A stretch of 63,973 nucleotides of DNA, counting the filler, from a bacterium (lineage in GTDB: Bacteria > JALSQH01), in the NCBI GenBank assembly GCA_026985515.1. It is 9 parts of 9 records of this genome, joined end to end, with 100 filler letters (N's around TTAATTAATTAA, not from the genome) between each part and the next. Parts side by side here need not be neighbours in the genome. Positions count along the whole stretch, not along the records: positions 50,383 to 53,923 come from JALSQH010000105.1; positions 54,024 to 57,498 come from JALSQH010000106.1; positions 57,599 to 61,057 come from JALSQH010000107.1; 6 more parts are not named here. One strand, given 5' to 3'. Below the pieces are notes generated by a model. The model was not told the DNA's origin. It did no database searches and worked only from the letters and a program-made list of their open reading frames with translations. The position numbers and the translations under genes are program-made. This document shows positions 51,524-61,157 of this stretch, piece after piece. How positions within the stretch are numbered: position 1 is the stretch's first letter; every line of letters starts with the position of its first letter.

Positions 51524-52610
51524 AGAAAAAATTGAAAAAATAGTGCTTGTTGTTTCAGACTTTCACCTGGGTAAGGGCACATACAATGAAGATGGAAGTT
51601 TAAATTTTCTGGAAGATTTTTTTTACGATGATAAGTTCGCTGAATTTCTTCAATATTATGATGAAATGCATCCATCGGCTCAGATAGAGCTTGTGTTTAA
51701 TGGGGACATTTTTGATCTCCTCCAGGTTGACTACAGAGAGGAGTATCCGGCTCGCATTACAGAGGAAAATTCTCTGTATAGGTTCAACAAAATAGTAGAG
51801 GGTCATCCAGTTTTCTTCGAAGCGCTGAGGAAATTTCTTTCCAAGCCAAACCGGAGGCTTGTATATGTCCAGGGAAACCATGATGCAGGATTTCTCTTTC
51901 CTCGCGTTAGAGACCGCCTTGAGGAGGTAATAGGTGTTCCCTACCACTACGCAGGGATGAGATATGAGTTAAATGGGTATCTTATTGAACATGGACAGCA
52001 GTATGAACCGTCAAATCGCTACAAGGAAGATGAACTATTTATCACCAGAGGTGTTCCCGAGCCAATTGTTAATCTACCCTGGGGCAGTGTTTATGTTATA
52101 AGTATTCTGAACAAATTACGACTTAAAAGACCCTATGTTGATAAGGTAAGACCTTTTTCTCTCTACTTTAGGTGGGCGTTGATAAATGATTTTTTCTGGG
52201 GTATCTGGGCACTGCTCAAGTCATTTCTGTTTTTCCTGAGCAAACAGTTTATTAGATCAAAGTGGTACAGAACAAGTTTAAGGGAATCTTTTGAAATCAT
52301 TAAAGAGCATTCATTTTTTTCTACGCCCCTGGACAGAAAGGCGGAAAAAATACTCGCAACTACTGACTATCACACAGTGATTTTCAGTCACACCCATAAA
52401 ATGATGTTTAAGAGTTTCAAAAATGGAAAAAAGTACTTCAACACGGGGTGCTGGATAGAGATGATAGATCTTGATCTTGTTCACTTTGGAAAAAATCTGA
52501 GGTTTACTTTTGTTGAAATAGACTTTTACAGAAATGGAAGCCATGAGGCTCACTTAAAGGAATGGAAGGGTAAATGCAGAGAAGTGGAAAAGGTTTTTCA
52601 GCACTACTGA
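51516..52610 (+). CDS. Calcineurin-like metallophosphoesterase
   Basis: VSDFHLG, NGDIFD, GNHD, EHG, SHTH, NTGCW. Confidence 0.88.
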   Translation: MSKEKIEKIVLVVSDFHLGKGTYNEDGSLNFLEDFFYDDKFAEFLQYYDEMHPSAQIELVFNGDIFDLLQVDYREEYPARITEENSLYRFNKIVEGHPVFFEALRKFLSKPNRRLVYVQGNHDAGFLFPRVRDRLEEVIGVPYHYAGMRYELNGYLIEHGQQYEPSNRYKEDELFITRGVPEPIVNLPWGSVYVISILNKLRLKRPYVDKVRPFSLYFRWALINDFFWGIWALLKSFLFFLSKQFIRSKWYRTSLRESFEIIKEHSFFSTPLDRKAEKILATTDYHTVIFSHTHKMMFKSFKNGKKYFNTGCWIEMIDLDLVHFGKNLRFTFVEIDFYRNGSHEAHLKEWKGKCREVEKVFQHY

Positions 52611-52966
52611 TTCTTCTATTTATCTCTTCCTGTTTATCAGGGGGTGGTAAGGTTGCTTTAAAGAAAGCTTCCACTTTGCAGTTTAAAGGCGTAAGAGATA
52701 AAATTAAAAATGTTCAGCCAGAGTTTGAACTCTGCTACCTGACTGCAATAAGAAAGCGGAAGATTTTTTATGGAAAATTGCTCCTGACTGTTGTTATAGA
52801 CAGGATGGGAAGGGTAAGGGAAATGATCTGGAAGCCGGAACCTCCAGCTGTTTTCAAAAAGTGCGCGGAAGATGTGGTAAAAAGGATTGATTTCGGGAAA
52901 CTTCCCGACGAGGTAAGGATAGAAGTGCCTCTGAAATTTTCCCTTGAAATGGAGGAGATAAGATGA
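52574..52966 (+). CDS. Small lipoprotein with AgmX/PglI/TonB C-terminal-like domain
   Basis: Lipobox ISSC; LCY...[15 protein letters not shown]...C...IDF...IEVPLKF. Confidence 0.6.
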   Translation: MQRSGKGFSALLILLFISSCLSGGGKVALKKASTLQFKGVRDKIKNVQPEFELCYLTAIRKRKIFYGKLLLTVVIDRMGRVREMIWKPEPPAVFKKCAEDVVKRIDFGKLPDEVRIEVPLKFSLEMEEIR

Positions 52967-53923
52967 GATTATCCAGGTATCTTGCACCCACGCTGAAGGA
53001 GGATCCGAAAGAAGCGGAAATTATCAGCCACAAGTATCTGATACGGGGTGGATTTATCAGGAAGGTAGCTGCAGGAATCTATGATTTCCTTCCACTGGGG
53101 TTGAGGGTGATCAGAAAAATTGAAAATATCGTGAGAGAGGAGATGGACCGTGCAGGTGCTCTGGAGATATTGATGCCCATGGTAATTCCTGCAGAACTGT
53201 GGAAGGAAAGTGGAAGGTGGGATGTTTATGGGAAGGAGCTTTTGAGATTTAAGGACAGGCACGACAGAGAATTCTGTCTTGGTCCAACCCATGAGGAAGT
53301 TGTCACTGATATAGTGAGAAGGGAAGTCAGGTCATATAAGCAATTACCTTTGAATCTATACCAGATTCAAACAAAATTCAGGGATGAACCCCGTCCCAGA
53401 TTCGGGCTCATGAGGGGAAGAGAGTTTATAATGAAAGATGCATATAGTTTTGATGCAGACTGGGAGGGACTGGATAAAAGTTATAATGCAATGTATGAGG
53501 CTTACTCCAGGATATTTAAAAGGTGTGGACTGGAATTCAGAGTGGTTGAGGCTGATACGGGTAACATTGGTGGAACAGATTCCCACGAATTTATGGTGCT
53601 CGCGGAGACGGGGGAGGATGAGATTGTATCCTGTCCATCATGTGGATATGCTGCAAATGTGGAGAGAGCAGATTTTATGACAGATTATGAAATTTCTGAC
53701 GAAGAGGAGAAACCACTTGAAAAGGTGCATACTCCAGACAGGAGAACCATTGAAGAGGTGAGCGAATATCTCAATGTCTCACCGGAAAAGATGATAAAAA
53801 CCCTTGTGTATTCAACCGATAAGGGTGAAGTGGTTGTGCTGGTTCGTGGTGATTTTGATGTTAATGAAGTGAAGGTAAAAAATGCAGTTGGAGCTAACTG
53901 GATTCAACTTGCTGAGCCCGAAG
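52963..53923 (+). CDS. proS: Proline--tRNA ligase, 3' truncated
   Basis: [36 protein letters not shown]. Confidence 0.97.
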
Positions 53924-54023
53924 NNNNNNNNNNNNNNNNNNNNNNNNNNNNNNNNNNNNNNNNNNNNTTAATTAATTAANNNNNNNNNNNNNNNNNNNNN
54001 NNNNNNNNNNNNNNNNNNNNNNN
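53924..54023. other. Artificial contig linker
   Basis: N-TTAATTAATTAA-N. Confidence 0.98.
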
Positions 54024-54253
54024 TTCGTATCCGGATCAGCCTTTAACATCTTGGCAAAATGGTAACCATTTATGTTTGGCATGACAAAATCGGTTATTAT
54101 GAGGTCGGGCTTTTCTTCCTTGGCCAGCTTAAACCCCTCCGCCCCAGATCTTGCCACAACAACCTCATACCCCTCTATCTCCAGAAAAGTCTGGAGGGTT
54201 TTGACAACTGCTTCGCTATCGTCAACAACCAGAATTTTCTTCTCAAACAGCAT
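54024..54253 (-). CDS. Response regulator receiver, 3' truncated
   Basis: ILVVDDS, PDLIITDFVMPNING. Confidence 0.88.
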
Positions 54254-54267
54254 CAACTATAATTATA

Positions 54268-55353
54268 CTACACTGGCTCACTATTTTCCAGATGCCTGAC
54301 GATTTTTGGTTCAAGTTGAGCTCTTGGCATGGCTCCAACAATCTGATCAACAAGTTCGCCATTTTTGAAAATGAGTAATGTTGGAATTGATCTGATTCTG
54401 TACTTGTTCGCGGTAAGCGGATTGTTGTCGGTGTCAAGCTTTCCAAAAACTATTTTCCCCTGGTACTCCTGAGCCATATCTTCTATTATGGGTGCTATCA
54501 TCTTACATGGCTGACACCATTCAGCCCAGCAATCAACAACAAGGAGTGGATACTTTTTTATGGCTTCCTCAAAGTTGTCATCAGTCAAAATGACAGGATG
54601 ATCAGGATTGTCAACTAATTTTGTGGCCTCTTTAATGGCATTTTCATATTCCTGCATTGCCTTTTTCAGAGTATCTGGATCAGTTCCATACTCCAGCACC
54701 TGTTTTACAAACTGAGATTCAGGCTGCACGCCAATGGTTATAGAATCGGGATCATCATTGATTACCTGCTGAGGAACTGATCTCACCCGCCACCTGTTTG
54801 ATAATTCCATGTTTTCTTCAGCCTCGACACACACCGCTTTCACGACCCCCTTTGCCGCAATTGCAATTCTGTTATCCAGAAGCACCTGCTGTGGACAGTA
54901 TGGACAGCTTGGTGTTACGAAACACATGATTGTAACAGGTCTGTTGACATATTTGAGGAGCAGTTCTGATGTCTTTGCAAGCCCTGATTTATTCTGGGAA
55001 ACCTGGATAATTGTATCTATGAATGCCGAAGCCTCATAACCGGCTGGAGCACCCATATATTCAATCAGATACCCCTTATCCCAGCCAATGTGAACAGTCG
55101 GGGACATTTTCACATCTCTTTCTCTGGCCTCCTGATCATTCAGGCTGTATTCTCTGACGATTATTTTCCCGTCTGCCAGTTCTGCAAGTTCCCTGATGAA
55201 CTGCAGTGTAAAGTTTGTGTAGTCCAGATTTGCACCCGGGGCAGCCAGTCTCGAGGTAAAAATATCGATTGTTACCGGCTCAACGAGTTCCCCTCTGAAT
55301 CTCTCAAGAATATACTGGCGTGATTCTGCATCAATGATTCTCTCTCCATTCAT
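54268..55353 (-). CDS. Protein-disulfide oxidoreductase (AhpF-N/PDO-like) fused to thioredoxin
   Basis: GAPAGYE, TPSCPYCP, V.SVP; then DCWAEWCQPCKM, IRSIPTL. Confidence 0.88.
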   Translation of the reverse strand: MNGERIIDAESRQYILERFRGELVEPVTIDIFTSRLAAPGANLDYTNFTLQFIRELAELADGKIIVREYSLNDQEARERDVKMSPTVHIGWDKGYLIEYMGAPAGYEASAFIDTIIQVSQNKSGLAKTSELLLKYVNRPVTIMCFVTPSCPYCPQQVLLDNRIAIAAKGVVKAVCVEAEENMELSNRWRVRSVPQQVINDDPDSITIGVQPESQFVKQVLEYGTDPDTLKKAMQEYENAIKEATKLVDNPDHPVILTDDNFEEAIKKYPLLVVDCWAEWCQPCKMIAPIIEDMAQEYQGKIVFGKLDTDNNPLTANKYRIRSIPTLLIFKNGELVDQIVGAMPRAQLEPKIVRHLENSEPV

Positions 55354-55733
55354 TGCTGATTTTCCTCCTCAGAATTTAAGTTTCTTATCATTGTATAATA
55401 TTTTATCATTTTTGTCAAGAATTATTTTCTTAGTGATTTCAAAACGATGTGGTTTTAATTACGTGATTACATCTTCTTTGCAGGAGATGAAAATACTTAT
55501 TGATAACTTAAGTACCTCCCCCTTTTTTGAGAGTCTTACTATAATGGCAAGATTAAAATTTATCATCTGTCTTATTTCAATTGTAAGCAACATTATAAGC
55601 CGAAATCCTCGGATAGAAATCCGGTTAATACAGCGTCAGCTTTTTTTGCCTATAAATCAGCATATCATTTGTCGTCGCTCTCTGGGTGATGTCAGAATAT
55701 GAAGTCATGTTTTAAAATAATAAATCTCTTAAT

Positions 55734-56894
55734 TCAGATTTTGGAATAATGCAACCACTGACACTGAGATACAACATAGGTACCACCTTTTGAGGGGTGT
55801 TTAAGGAGGGTGGTGAGATTGAAGTTAATCATTCTCATAATTTCATTGTAGGCTTCAGCAAACAAAGTTTCAAACAGGATTACAGGATAGTTAACTACAT
55901 TGGGGTTTATCAGCAGATCAAGAGATCTTAATTTTTCAAAAGGAGTTTTTCCTTTCATGTTTATTCCATTGTGTTCTCTCCGGGTATTCCATACATCCTG
56001 CCAGATTCTGACCCATAGCAGGAAGTTTCGGGTATCTTTTATGTAAGGGAACAGGGGTATGTAGAAGTATTCATCGTCTTTTCTGTGAAGGTTTTCTACA
56101 ATTGCGTTGTGCCATTTTGCACCTGGCGGATTTGTATATAGCTCTGCTCCGAATTGTGAGAGGAATTCATTTATCTCGAGGAGTTTTTTGATGCTTCCGG
56201 AGGTAAATTCACTGCCATTATCCACTCTTATTCTGATGTTATGTCTTACATTATGAGCTCTAAGCCACAGGACAACCATTGTTATGAATGTCAGTCCGTA
56301 GGTAACAGATAGAGAGTAAGAGAAAGCGGTGAATTTTATTCTTGTTGCTGCGTCAACAGCAGTCCACTGATAGAGAGGGAGATTGTATCTGGTGATGTTT
56401 TGATATCCTTCGGTGGTAAGGGCACTTTTATCTTTGATGTATTTAGTATCAATCTGGATTTCCTGGAAAGGCAGGAGAGAGGAATAGTTATAAAGTGGAG
56501 TATGTGAAGCAGAGCGTTTTCTTTTACTTTTTGAAGGAGAAAAGCCGTTTTTCTTCAGTACATACCTGACTCTATGTGGAGGGAGTTTGATTCCATATTT
56601 TTTTTCAAAATGTCTGGTGAGTTTTCTGTAGCCGTAGGTTTTCAATTTTTTGGCTTCCGAGATGATAGCTATAGTTTCCCAATCAGAGATTTTATTTTTT
56701 GGGTTTTTAGGAGCTTTGGGAAGATTGTTTAGAGTACCATCTCTTGCTCTTCTCACGGTTTTCCTTGAAACACCCAACTCTCTTGCAGTCTTAGAAACAT
56801 TTCCGTTATTTTTTACCAGTAATTCTCTGATAATTTGCCTTGCAGCGGAGAAATTTTTATTATTGTAGAATTTTTGGTATAATTTCTTTAGCAT
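55734..56894 (-). CDS. DDE transposase (rve integrase core, IS481-like)
   Basis: N-terminal HTH; QIDTKY, YQWTAVDAATR, RVDNGSEF, NAIVENLHR. Confidence 0.9.
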   Translation of the reverse strand: MLKKLYQKFYNNKNFSAARQIIRELLVKNNGNVSKTARELGVSRKTVRRARDGTLNNLPKAPKNPKNKISDWETIAIISEAKKLKTYGYRKLTRHFEKKYGIKLPPHRVRYVLKKNGFSPSKSKRKRSASHTPLYNYSSLLPFQEIQIDTKYIKDKSALTTEGYQNITRYNLPLYQWTAVDAATRIKFTAFSYSLSVTYGLTFITMVVLWLRAHNVRHNIRIRVDNGSEFTSGSIKKLLEINEFLSQFGAELYTNPPGAKWHNAIVENLHRKDDEYFYIPLFPYIKDTRNFLLWVRIWQDVWNTRREHNGINMKGKTPFEKLRSLDLLINPNVVNYPVILFETLFAEAYNEIMRMINFNLTTLLKHPSKGGTYVVSQCQWLHYSKI

Positions 56895-57110
56895 TTGGAT
56901 CTCCTTGTTGAGGTTTTCTTTCCCCTCAGGTTGTAGCCCAGCAGCCTGAGGGGAGGCGTTATCAAAGAAGCAGCAACATATCTTAAATAGATTCTGCAGA
57001 TTCTTTTTTTGCTTTCATCCATCAAGAAAACATATCCATCAGAAAAGGAAAATCTATAATTCGAGTCAACTCTTAAATAAGGGTGGTACCTATGTTGTGT
57101 ACCATGTGGA
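55759..57110 (-). mobile_element. Complete insertion sequence, IS481-like, about 1.35 kb
   Basis: 29-bp imperfect terminal IRs (inner 17 bp ACAACATAGGTACCACC perfect) flanked by direct repeat AATAATGCAACCAC at 55745-55758 and 57111-57124. Confidence 0.88.
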
Positions 57111-57124
57111 AATAATGCAACCAC

Positions 57125-57153
57125 TTGACTTTTCCAAAAAACTGTAGTATTAA
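57125..57153 (+). promoter_or_regulatory. Putative sigma70 promoter immediately outside the IS
   Basis: TTGACT-N17-TATTAA, then SD GGAGG and ATG at 57188. Confidence 0.45.
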
Positions 57154-57187
57154 AAGATTGAAAAATGATTTAAATGGGAGGGTAGAT

Positions 57188-57498
57188 ATGAAAAACTTTA
57201 AATTTCAATTAGTTAACTCTCTTCCTTCCTTCCTTCCTTTTAGCACTTTTTCTTCTATTTAACCCGCTTTTAAATTGGGACCTGCATGCAGGTAAGAAGT
57301 TCCATCATGGTGGAAGAGGGGGTTTGAGTGTTGATTCCCTTTTCAATTTTAATGACCTGCATCTATCAAGGCATTTCTTGAAATTTCACAGAGGAAAGAA
57401 GTGGAGTTTCAGGTGGGTTTATTTCAAAGAGGTAACGGCGGAACCATCCCCTGCGTACATTACTCCCGAAGATGTGGATCAGGTGTATTTCAGGGCGA
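57188..57498 (+). pseudogene. Secreted protein gene frameshifted in a (CTTC)4 tract; 3' truncated by contig end
   Basis: Removing one CTTC joins ATG 57188 to the open downstream frame and creates a signal peptide. Confidence 0.55.
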
Positions 57499-57598
57499 NN
57501 NNNNNNNNNNNNNNNNNNNNNNNNNNNNNNNNNNNNNNNNNNTTAATTAATTAANNNNNNNNNNNNNNNNNNNNNNNNNNNNNNNNNNNNNNNNNNNN
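57499..57598. other. Artificial contig linker
   Basis: N-TTAATTAATTAA-N. Confidence 0.98.
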
Positions 57599-57614
57599 GG
57601 TCAAAATTAACTTT

Positions 57615-59801
57615 TTAAATCAACTGTACTTTCCACTTATGGGGTTTCCTGATTACTTCAACAGATACAGCCTTTTCCTCTTTTTTGAAAATTATATTGA
57701 AAATGCCATCGGGTGTCCTCAAATTCTCTATTATGAAGCGTGTAATTTCCCGTGGTATGTAAGGCCTGCTAATGTAAAGTGTTCTTTCAATTGCATTAAC
57801 ATTTAAACCAAGCATTGCTTTTATCATAAGAAAAATGCTTCCGCTAGCCCATGCCTGGGGAGAACAGGCAGTGGGATATGGTATTGGTCCATGGAATTCT
57901 GTTCTTTCAAATCCACTGAAGAGTTCAGGTACTCTGAAGTTGGGGAAAAAGGATACTGCGTCAAGGATAGAAATAAAAATTTCACCAATTTCCTTTCGAA
58001 AACCGTAAAAGGACATTCCCTCTGCAATGATGCTGTTGTCATGGGGCCATACAGAGCCATTGTGGTAACTGATGGGGTTGAACCTTTTTTCTCGTGTTCC
58101 AAGTGTCCTTATTCCGTAACCTGAAAACATCTCCTCAGAAAGAAGAATGTTTACAATTTTTTCAGCCTCGTTTTTGCTGACCACTTTACTGAAGAGAAGA
58201 TGTCCTGGATTAGAGGAAATAACATTGCATCTTCTTTTCTTACCATCTAATGCTATCGCATAAAAATTGCGTCTTTTATATTGAAAAAAGAGATGAATAT
58301 TTTTCTTCACCCTTTCAGCTTCTTTTAAAGCTATTTCAATATGGTTGCTGTTTCTGTCTATGTGCTTCATCAAATCTGCAAAGGATACCAGAGCCCTGTA
58401 TTTGTATCCCTGTGCCTCAATCGTGGCTATGGGTGGTCTGGCAATTTTCCCGCTTGAATATGTAATGGAGTCCCCGGAATCCTTCCATCCCTGGTTGTCA
58501 AGTCCGTAGGGGGATCTTCTTTTATAAAAGAGAAACCCTTCTTCAGAGATATTGGGGTTGTAGTCTCTGTCTGTAAGCCATTTGAATGCCATCAAAAGAT
58601 TTTCTTTTAAATTTTTTATAAATTCAATGTCACCCGTTGTTTCAAAATACTCACCTGCAAGGATGAGAAAAAGGGGAGTAGCATCAACAGTTCCATAGTA
58701 GGGAATAAAAGGAATTTCTCTCAGATTTGCCAGTTCTCCCTGTCTGAGTTCGTGAATTATTTTCCCTGGTTCCTGATCAGTGAAATCATCAAGAGTTTTA
58801 CCCTGATATTTTGCAAGAAATTTTAATGTTCCTCTGGCGAGCTCCGGATACCAGGGGAGAAGTTGATAGGCTGTGATAATAGAGTCTCTTCCAAATATAG
58901 TTGAAAACCAGGGTATCCCTGCATAGGTGATAGGTCCCTCTTCTGTTATTGTTATCATCAGATTCAGGTCCTTTGCAGCCCGCGAGATTATTTCATTTAT
59001 TTTTTCGTTATCGGTTCTTATGTAAGCAAATTTATCCAAATAGGAGATAAGCTTTTCCCTTCTGAGTTTTATCAATTCTGCATAGCTCTTTACATTTTTT
59101 TCAGGATGATCCCGTGATACTTGAATCGTGACTGACTGGTCTCCTTTGGGAGGGAGTATCAGTTTAAATTTTATCCTCACGCATGCACTCTCACTTTGAG
59201 TTATAATTTCTTCCACTTCAAACGGTATGTGAATGTTTACAAATGTCGTTCTGAGGATTTTATCTGCGCCTCTGTACTTAAAGATTAAGGTGGAATTGTG
59301 AACTACGGGAGAAAAGAGGGTTCCTCTTTGTTCTCTTTTTTTTCCTCTAACCTCGAAAATATCTTTGAAATCTGCACCTAAACAGAGGTTCGCTTTTAGA
59401 GAGAGGGGAGTTTCGGAGAAGTTTTTTATGTGGATATTTCCGGTAAGATTGTCATTAAAAAGCAGGTAGGATTTCTGAATAAAAATTGTGGAACGGGGTA
59501 TAAAAATTCCGTTTATTTCCATATCCGGATTAGTAAGAATTGCTCTGATTTCCGCACCCAGATTACCGATGTCAGATGAAAGGAAAAGGGGTCTCTTATC
59601 TTCCAGAAAAAATTCAAGACCACTCAGAAATCTGGTATCCCTGAAGTAATATCCCAGTTCATTATTACCTACACATGGAATATCACCCTGCTGATCAACC
59701 ACTACAAAGGCTTCATGTTCTTTCAAAGATAATTTTCTTGTATTTGCAACTACGTCAGTGTATTTTACATACCAGCTACCACTTATGAATTTCCTCTCCA
59801 A
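57615..59801 (-). CDS. Amylo-alpha-1,6-glucosidase / glycogen debranching family protein
   Basis: DTRFLS, ADFKDIFEVRG, AGIPWFSTIFGRDS, NQGWKDS, SYHNGSVWPHDN, ACSPQAWA. Confidence 0.92.
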   Translation of the reverse strand: MERKFISGSWYVKYTDVVANTRKLSLKEHEAFVVVDQQGDIPCVGNNELGYYFRDTRFLSGLEFFLEDKRPLFLSSDIGNLGAEIRAILTNPDMEINGIFIPRSTIFIQKSYLLFNDNLTGNIHIKNFSETPLSLKANLCLGADFKDIFEVRGKKREQRGTLFSPVVHNSTLIFKYRGADKILRTTFVNIHIPFEVEEIITQSESACVRIKFKLILPPKGDQSVTIQVSRDHPEKNVKSYAELIKLRREKLISYLDKFAYIRTDNEKINEIISRAAKDLNLMITITEEGPITYAGIPWFSTIFGRDSIITAYQLLPWYPELARGTLKFLAKYQGKTLDDFTDQEPGKIIHELRQGELANLREIPFIPYYGTVDATPLFLILAGEYFETTGDIEFIKNLKENLLMAFKWLTDRDYNPNISEEGFLFYKRRSPYGLDNQGWKDSGDSITYSSGKIARPPIATIEAQGYKYRALVSFADLMKHIDRNSNHIEIALKEAERVKKNIHLFFQYKRRNFYAIALDGKKRRCNVISSNPGHLLFSKVVSKNEAEKIVNILLSEEMFSGYGIRTLGTREKRFNPISYHNGSVWPHDNSIIAEGMSFYGFRKEIGEIFISILDAVSFFPNFRVPELFSGFERTEFHGPIPYPTACSPQAWASGSIFLMIKAMLGLNVNAIERTLYISRPYIPREITRFIIENLRTPDGIFNIIFKKEEKAVSVEVIRKPHKWKVQLI

Positions 59802-60849
59802 TTTTTCTTACCCTTGCTGGGGTTGAGAATTTCTCAATCACTTCATTATAAACTTTTTCGTACCTGTCAACCATTTTTTTCACTGTGAAATTTTCTTCAA
59901 AGTAACTCCGACATTTTTTTCTATCGATGGAATCAATCTCTTTTATCGCTCTTACGAGACCATCTATGTCCTTTCTCAAAAAACCAGTTTCACCATCTAT
60001 TATTGTTTCTCTGAGAGCACCACATGGTCTTGCTATGACCGGAGTTCCACATGCAAGGGCTTCAATGGCTGTCAATCCGAAGGGTTCTGGCCAGTCAACG
60101 GGCATTAGCAGTGCTTTTGCATTACCTATTATCTCATTTTTCTGTTCGTCATTAATTTCTCCAATGAATTCTACCAGTGGGTGTTTGAGTAATTCTTTTA
60201 TATTTTTTTCGTAATACTCCTGATCTGCTCTATCAATTTTGGCTGCCACAATGATTTTTACTCCAGCCTTAATTGCTGCTTTTATAGCAAGATCAGGTCT
60301 TTTTTCAGGAGATATTCTTCCCAGGAAAAGAACATAATCATCGGGATCCGGGTTAAAAGTGTAGAGATCTTCCGGTAATCCATGATAAATGGTTGCAATA
60401 AAATTACCCTCTTTCAGTAACTTCCTCTGTGAGTGGCTGATTGCGGTAAGCATTAGGTCAGGATATTTTCTTACCATCTCAGGTAAATAAGGCAGGTCAA
60501 GTCTCCCATGCATTGTATGAATGACAGGTTTTTTAATGTATCTGGTAAATGGAAACATAAAATAGTCAATGTGTGAATGGATCAAATCAAATTGTTCTGA
60601 ATCTGCAATAACCTTTTCCACCTGCATGAGAATATATGGAACAGGGTCTTTAACTCCACTCAATCTTAGTGCTTCGGGCACAATCGGAATCAGCTTTGCA
60701 GAGGTGACTGAATCCCCGCTTGCATAAAGGGTAACATCATGTCCCCTTTTTACCAGCTCTTCTGTTATATAGTGTACAACCCTTTCTGTTCCTCCGTAAA
60801 GTTTTGGAGGTACACTTTCAAAAAGAGGAGCAACCATCGCAATTTTCAT
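59776..60849 (-). CDS. GT4 glycosyltransferase
   Basis: VPPKLYGGTERV, FLGRISPEK, WPEPFGL..IEALACGTPV. Confidence 0.93.
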   Translation of the reverse strand: MKIAMVAPLFESVPPKLYGGTERVVHYITEELVKRGHDVTLYASGDSVTSAKLIPIVPEALRLSGVKDPVPYILMQVEKVIADSEQFDLIHSHIDYFMFPFTRYIKKPVIHTMHGRLDLPYLPEMVRKYPDLMLTAISHSQRKLLKEGNFIATIYHGLPEDLYTFNPDPDDYVLFLGRISPEKRPDLAIKAAIKAGVKIIVAAKIDRADQEYYEKNIKELLKHPLVEFIGEINDEQKNEIIGNAKALLMPVDWPEPFGLTAIEALACGTPVIARPCGALRETIIDGETGFLRKDIDGLVRAIKEIDSIDRKKCRSYFEENFTVKKMVDRYEKVYNEVIEKFSTPARVRKIGEEIHKW

Positions 60850-60919
60850 TGCTACCCCTCCTTTTTAAAAAATATAATCATTGTTCAGGAAAGAAAAAGG
60901 GATTTGAGTGTGGAAAATC

Positions 60920-61057
60920 TTATCCAATTAATGACTTTTTAACCTGTTCCCCCACATACCTTGCCATCAACATTACCGTCTCATAGGGATTTACTTTTAC
61001 TGAGGTGGGAAACAGGGAAGCATCTGCAACATAAATATTGTCTGTGCCCCACAATGT
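60920..61057 (-). CDS. GMC oxidoreductase C-terminal fragment; not in ORF track
   Basis: WGTDNIYVADASLFPTSVKVNPYETVMLMA. Confidence 0.8.
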   Translation of the reverse strand, partial: TLWGTDNIYVADASLFPTSVKVNPYETVMLMARYVGEQVKKSLIG

Positions 61058-61157
61058 NNNNNNNNNNNNNNNNNNNNNNNNNNNNNNNNNNNNNNNNNNN
61101 NTTAATTAATTAANNNNNNNNNNNNNNNNNNNNNNNNNNNNNNNNNNNNNNNNNNNN
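61058..61157. other. Artificial contig linker
   Basis: N-TTAATTAATTAA-N. Confidence 0.98.

Noticed and set aside
55334-55702. 122-aa ORF upstream of the thioredoxin fusion
   Set aside because: Overlaps that gene's start and promoter on the opposite strand, has atypical composition and no recognisable motif.
56888-57124. 78-aa ORF as an IS accessory gene
   Set aside because: Starts in the target duplication outside the IS and crosses the IR and hairpin; probably spurious.
14422-61157. Eight identical TTAATTAATTAA motifs inside N runs
   Set aside because: Artificial all-frame-stop contig linkers, not repeats or CRISPR; ORF tails with X or LIN and any cross-linker synteny are artefacts.
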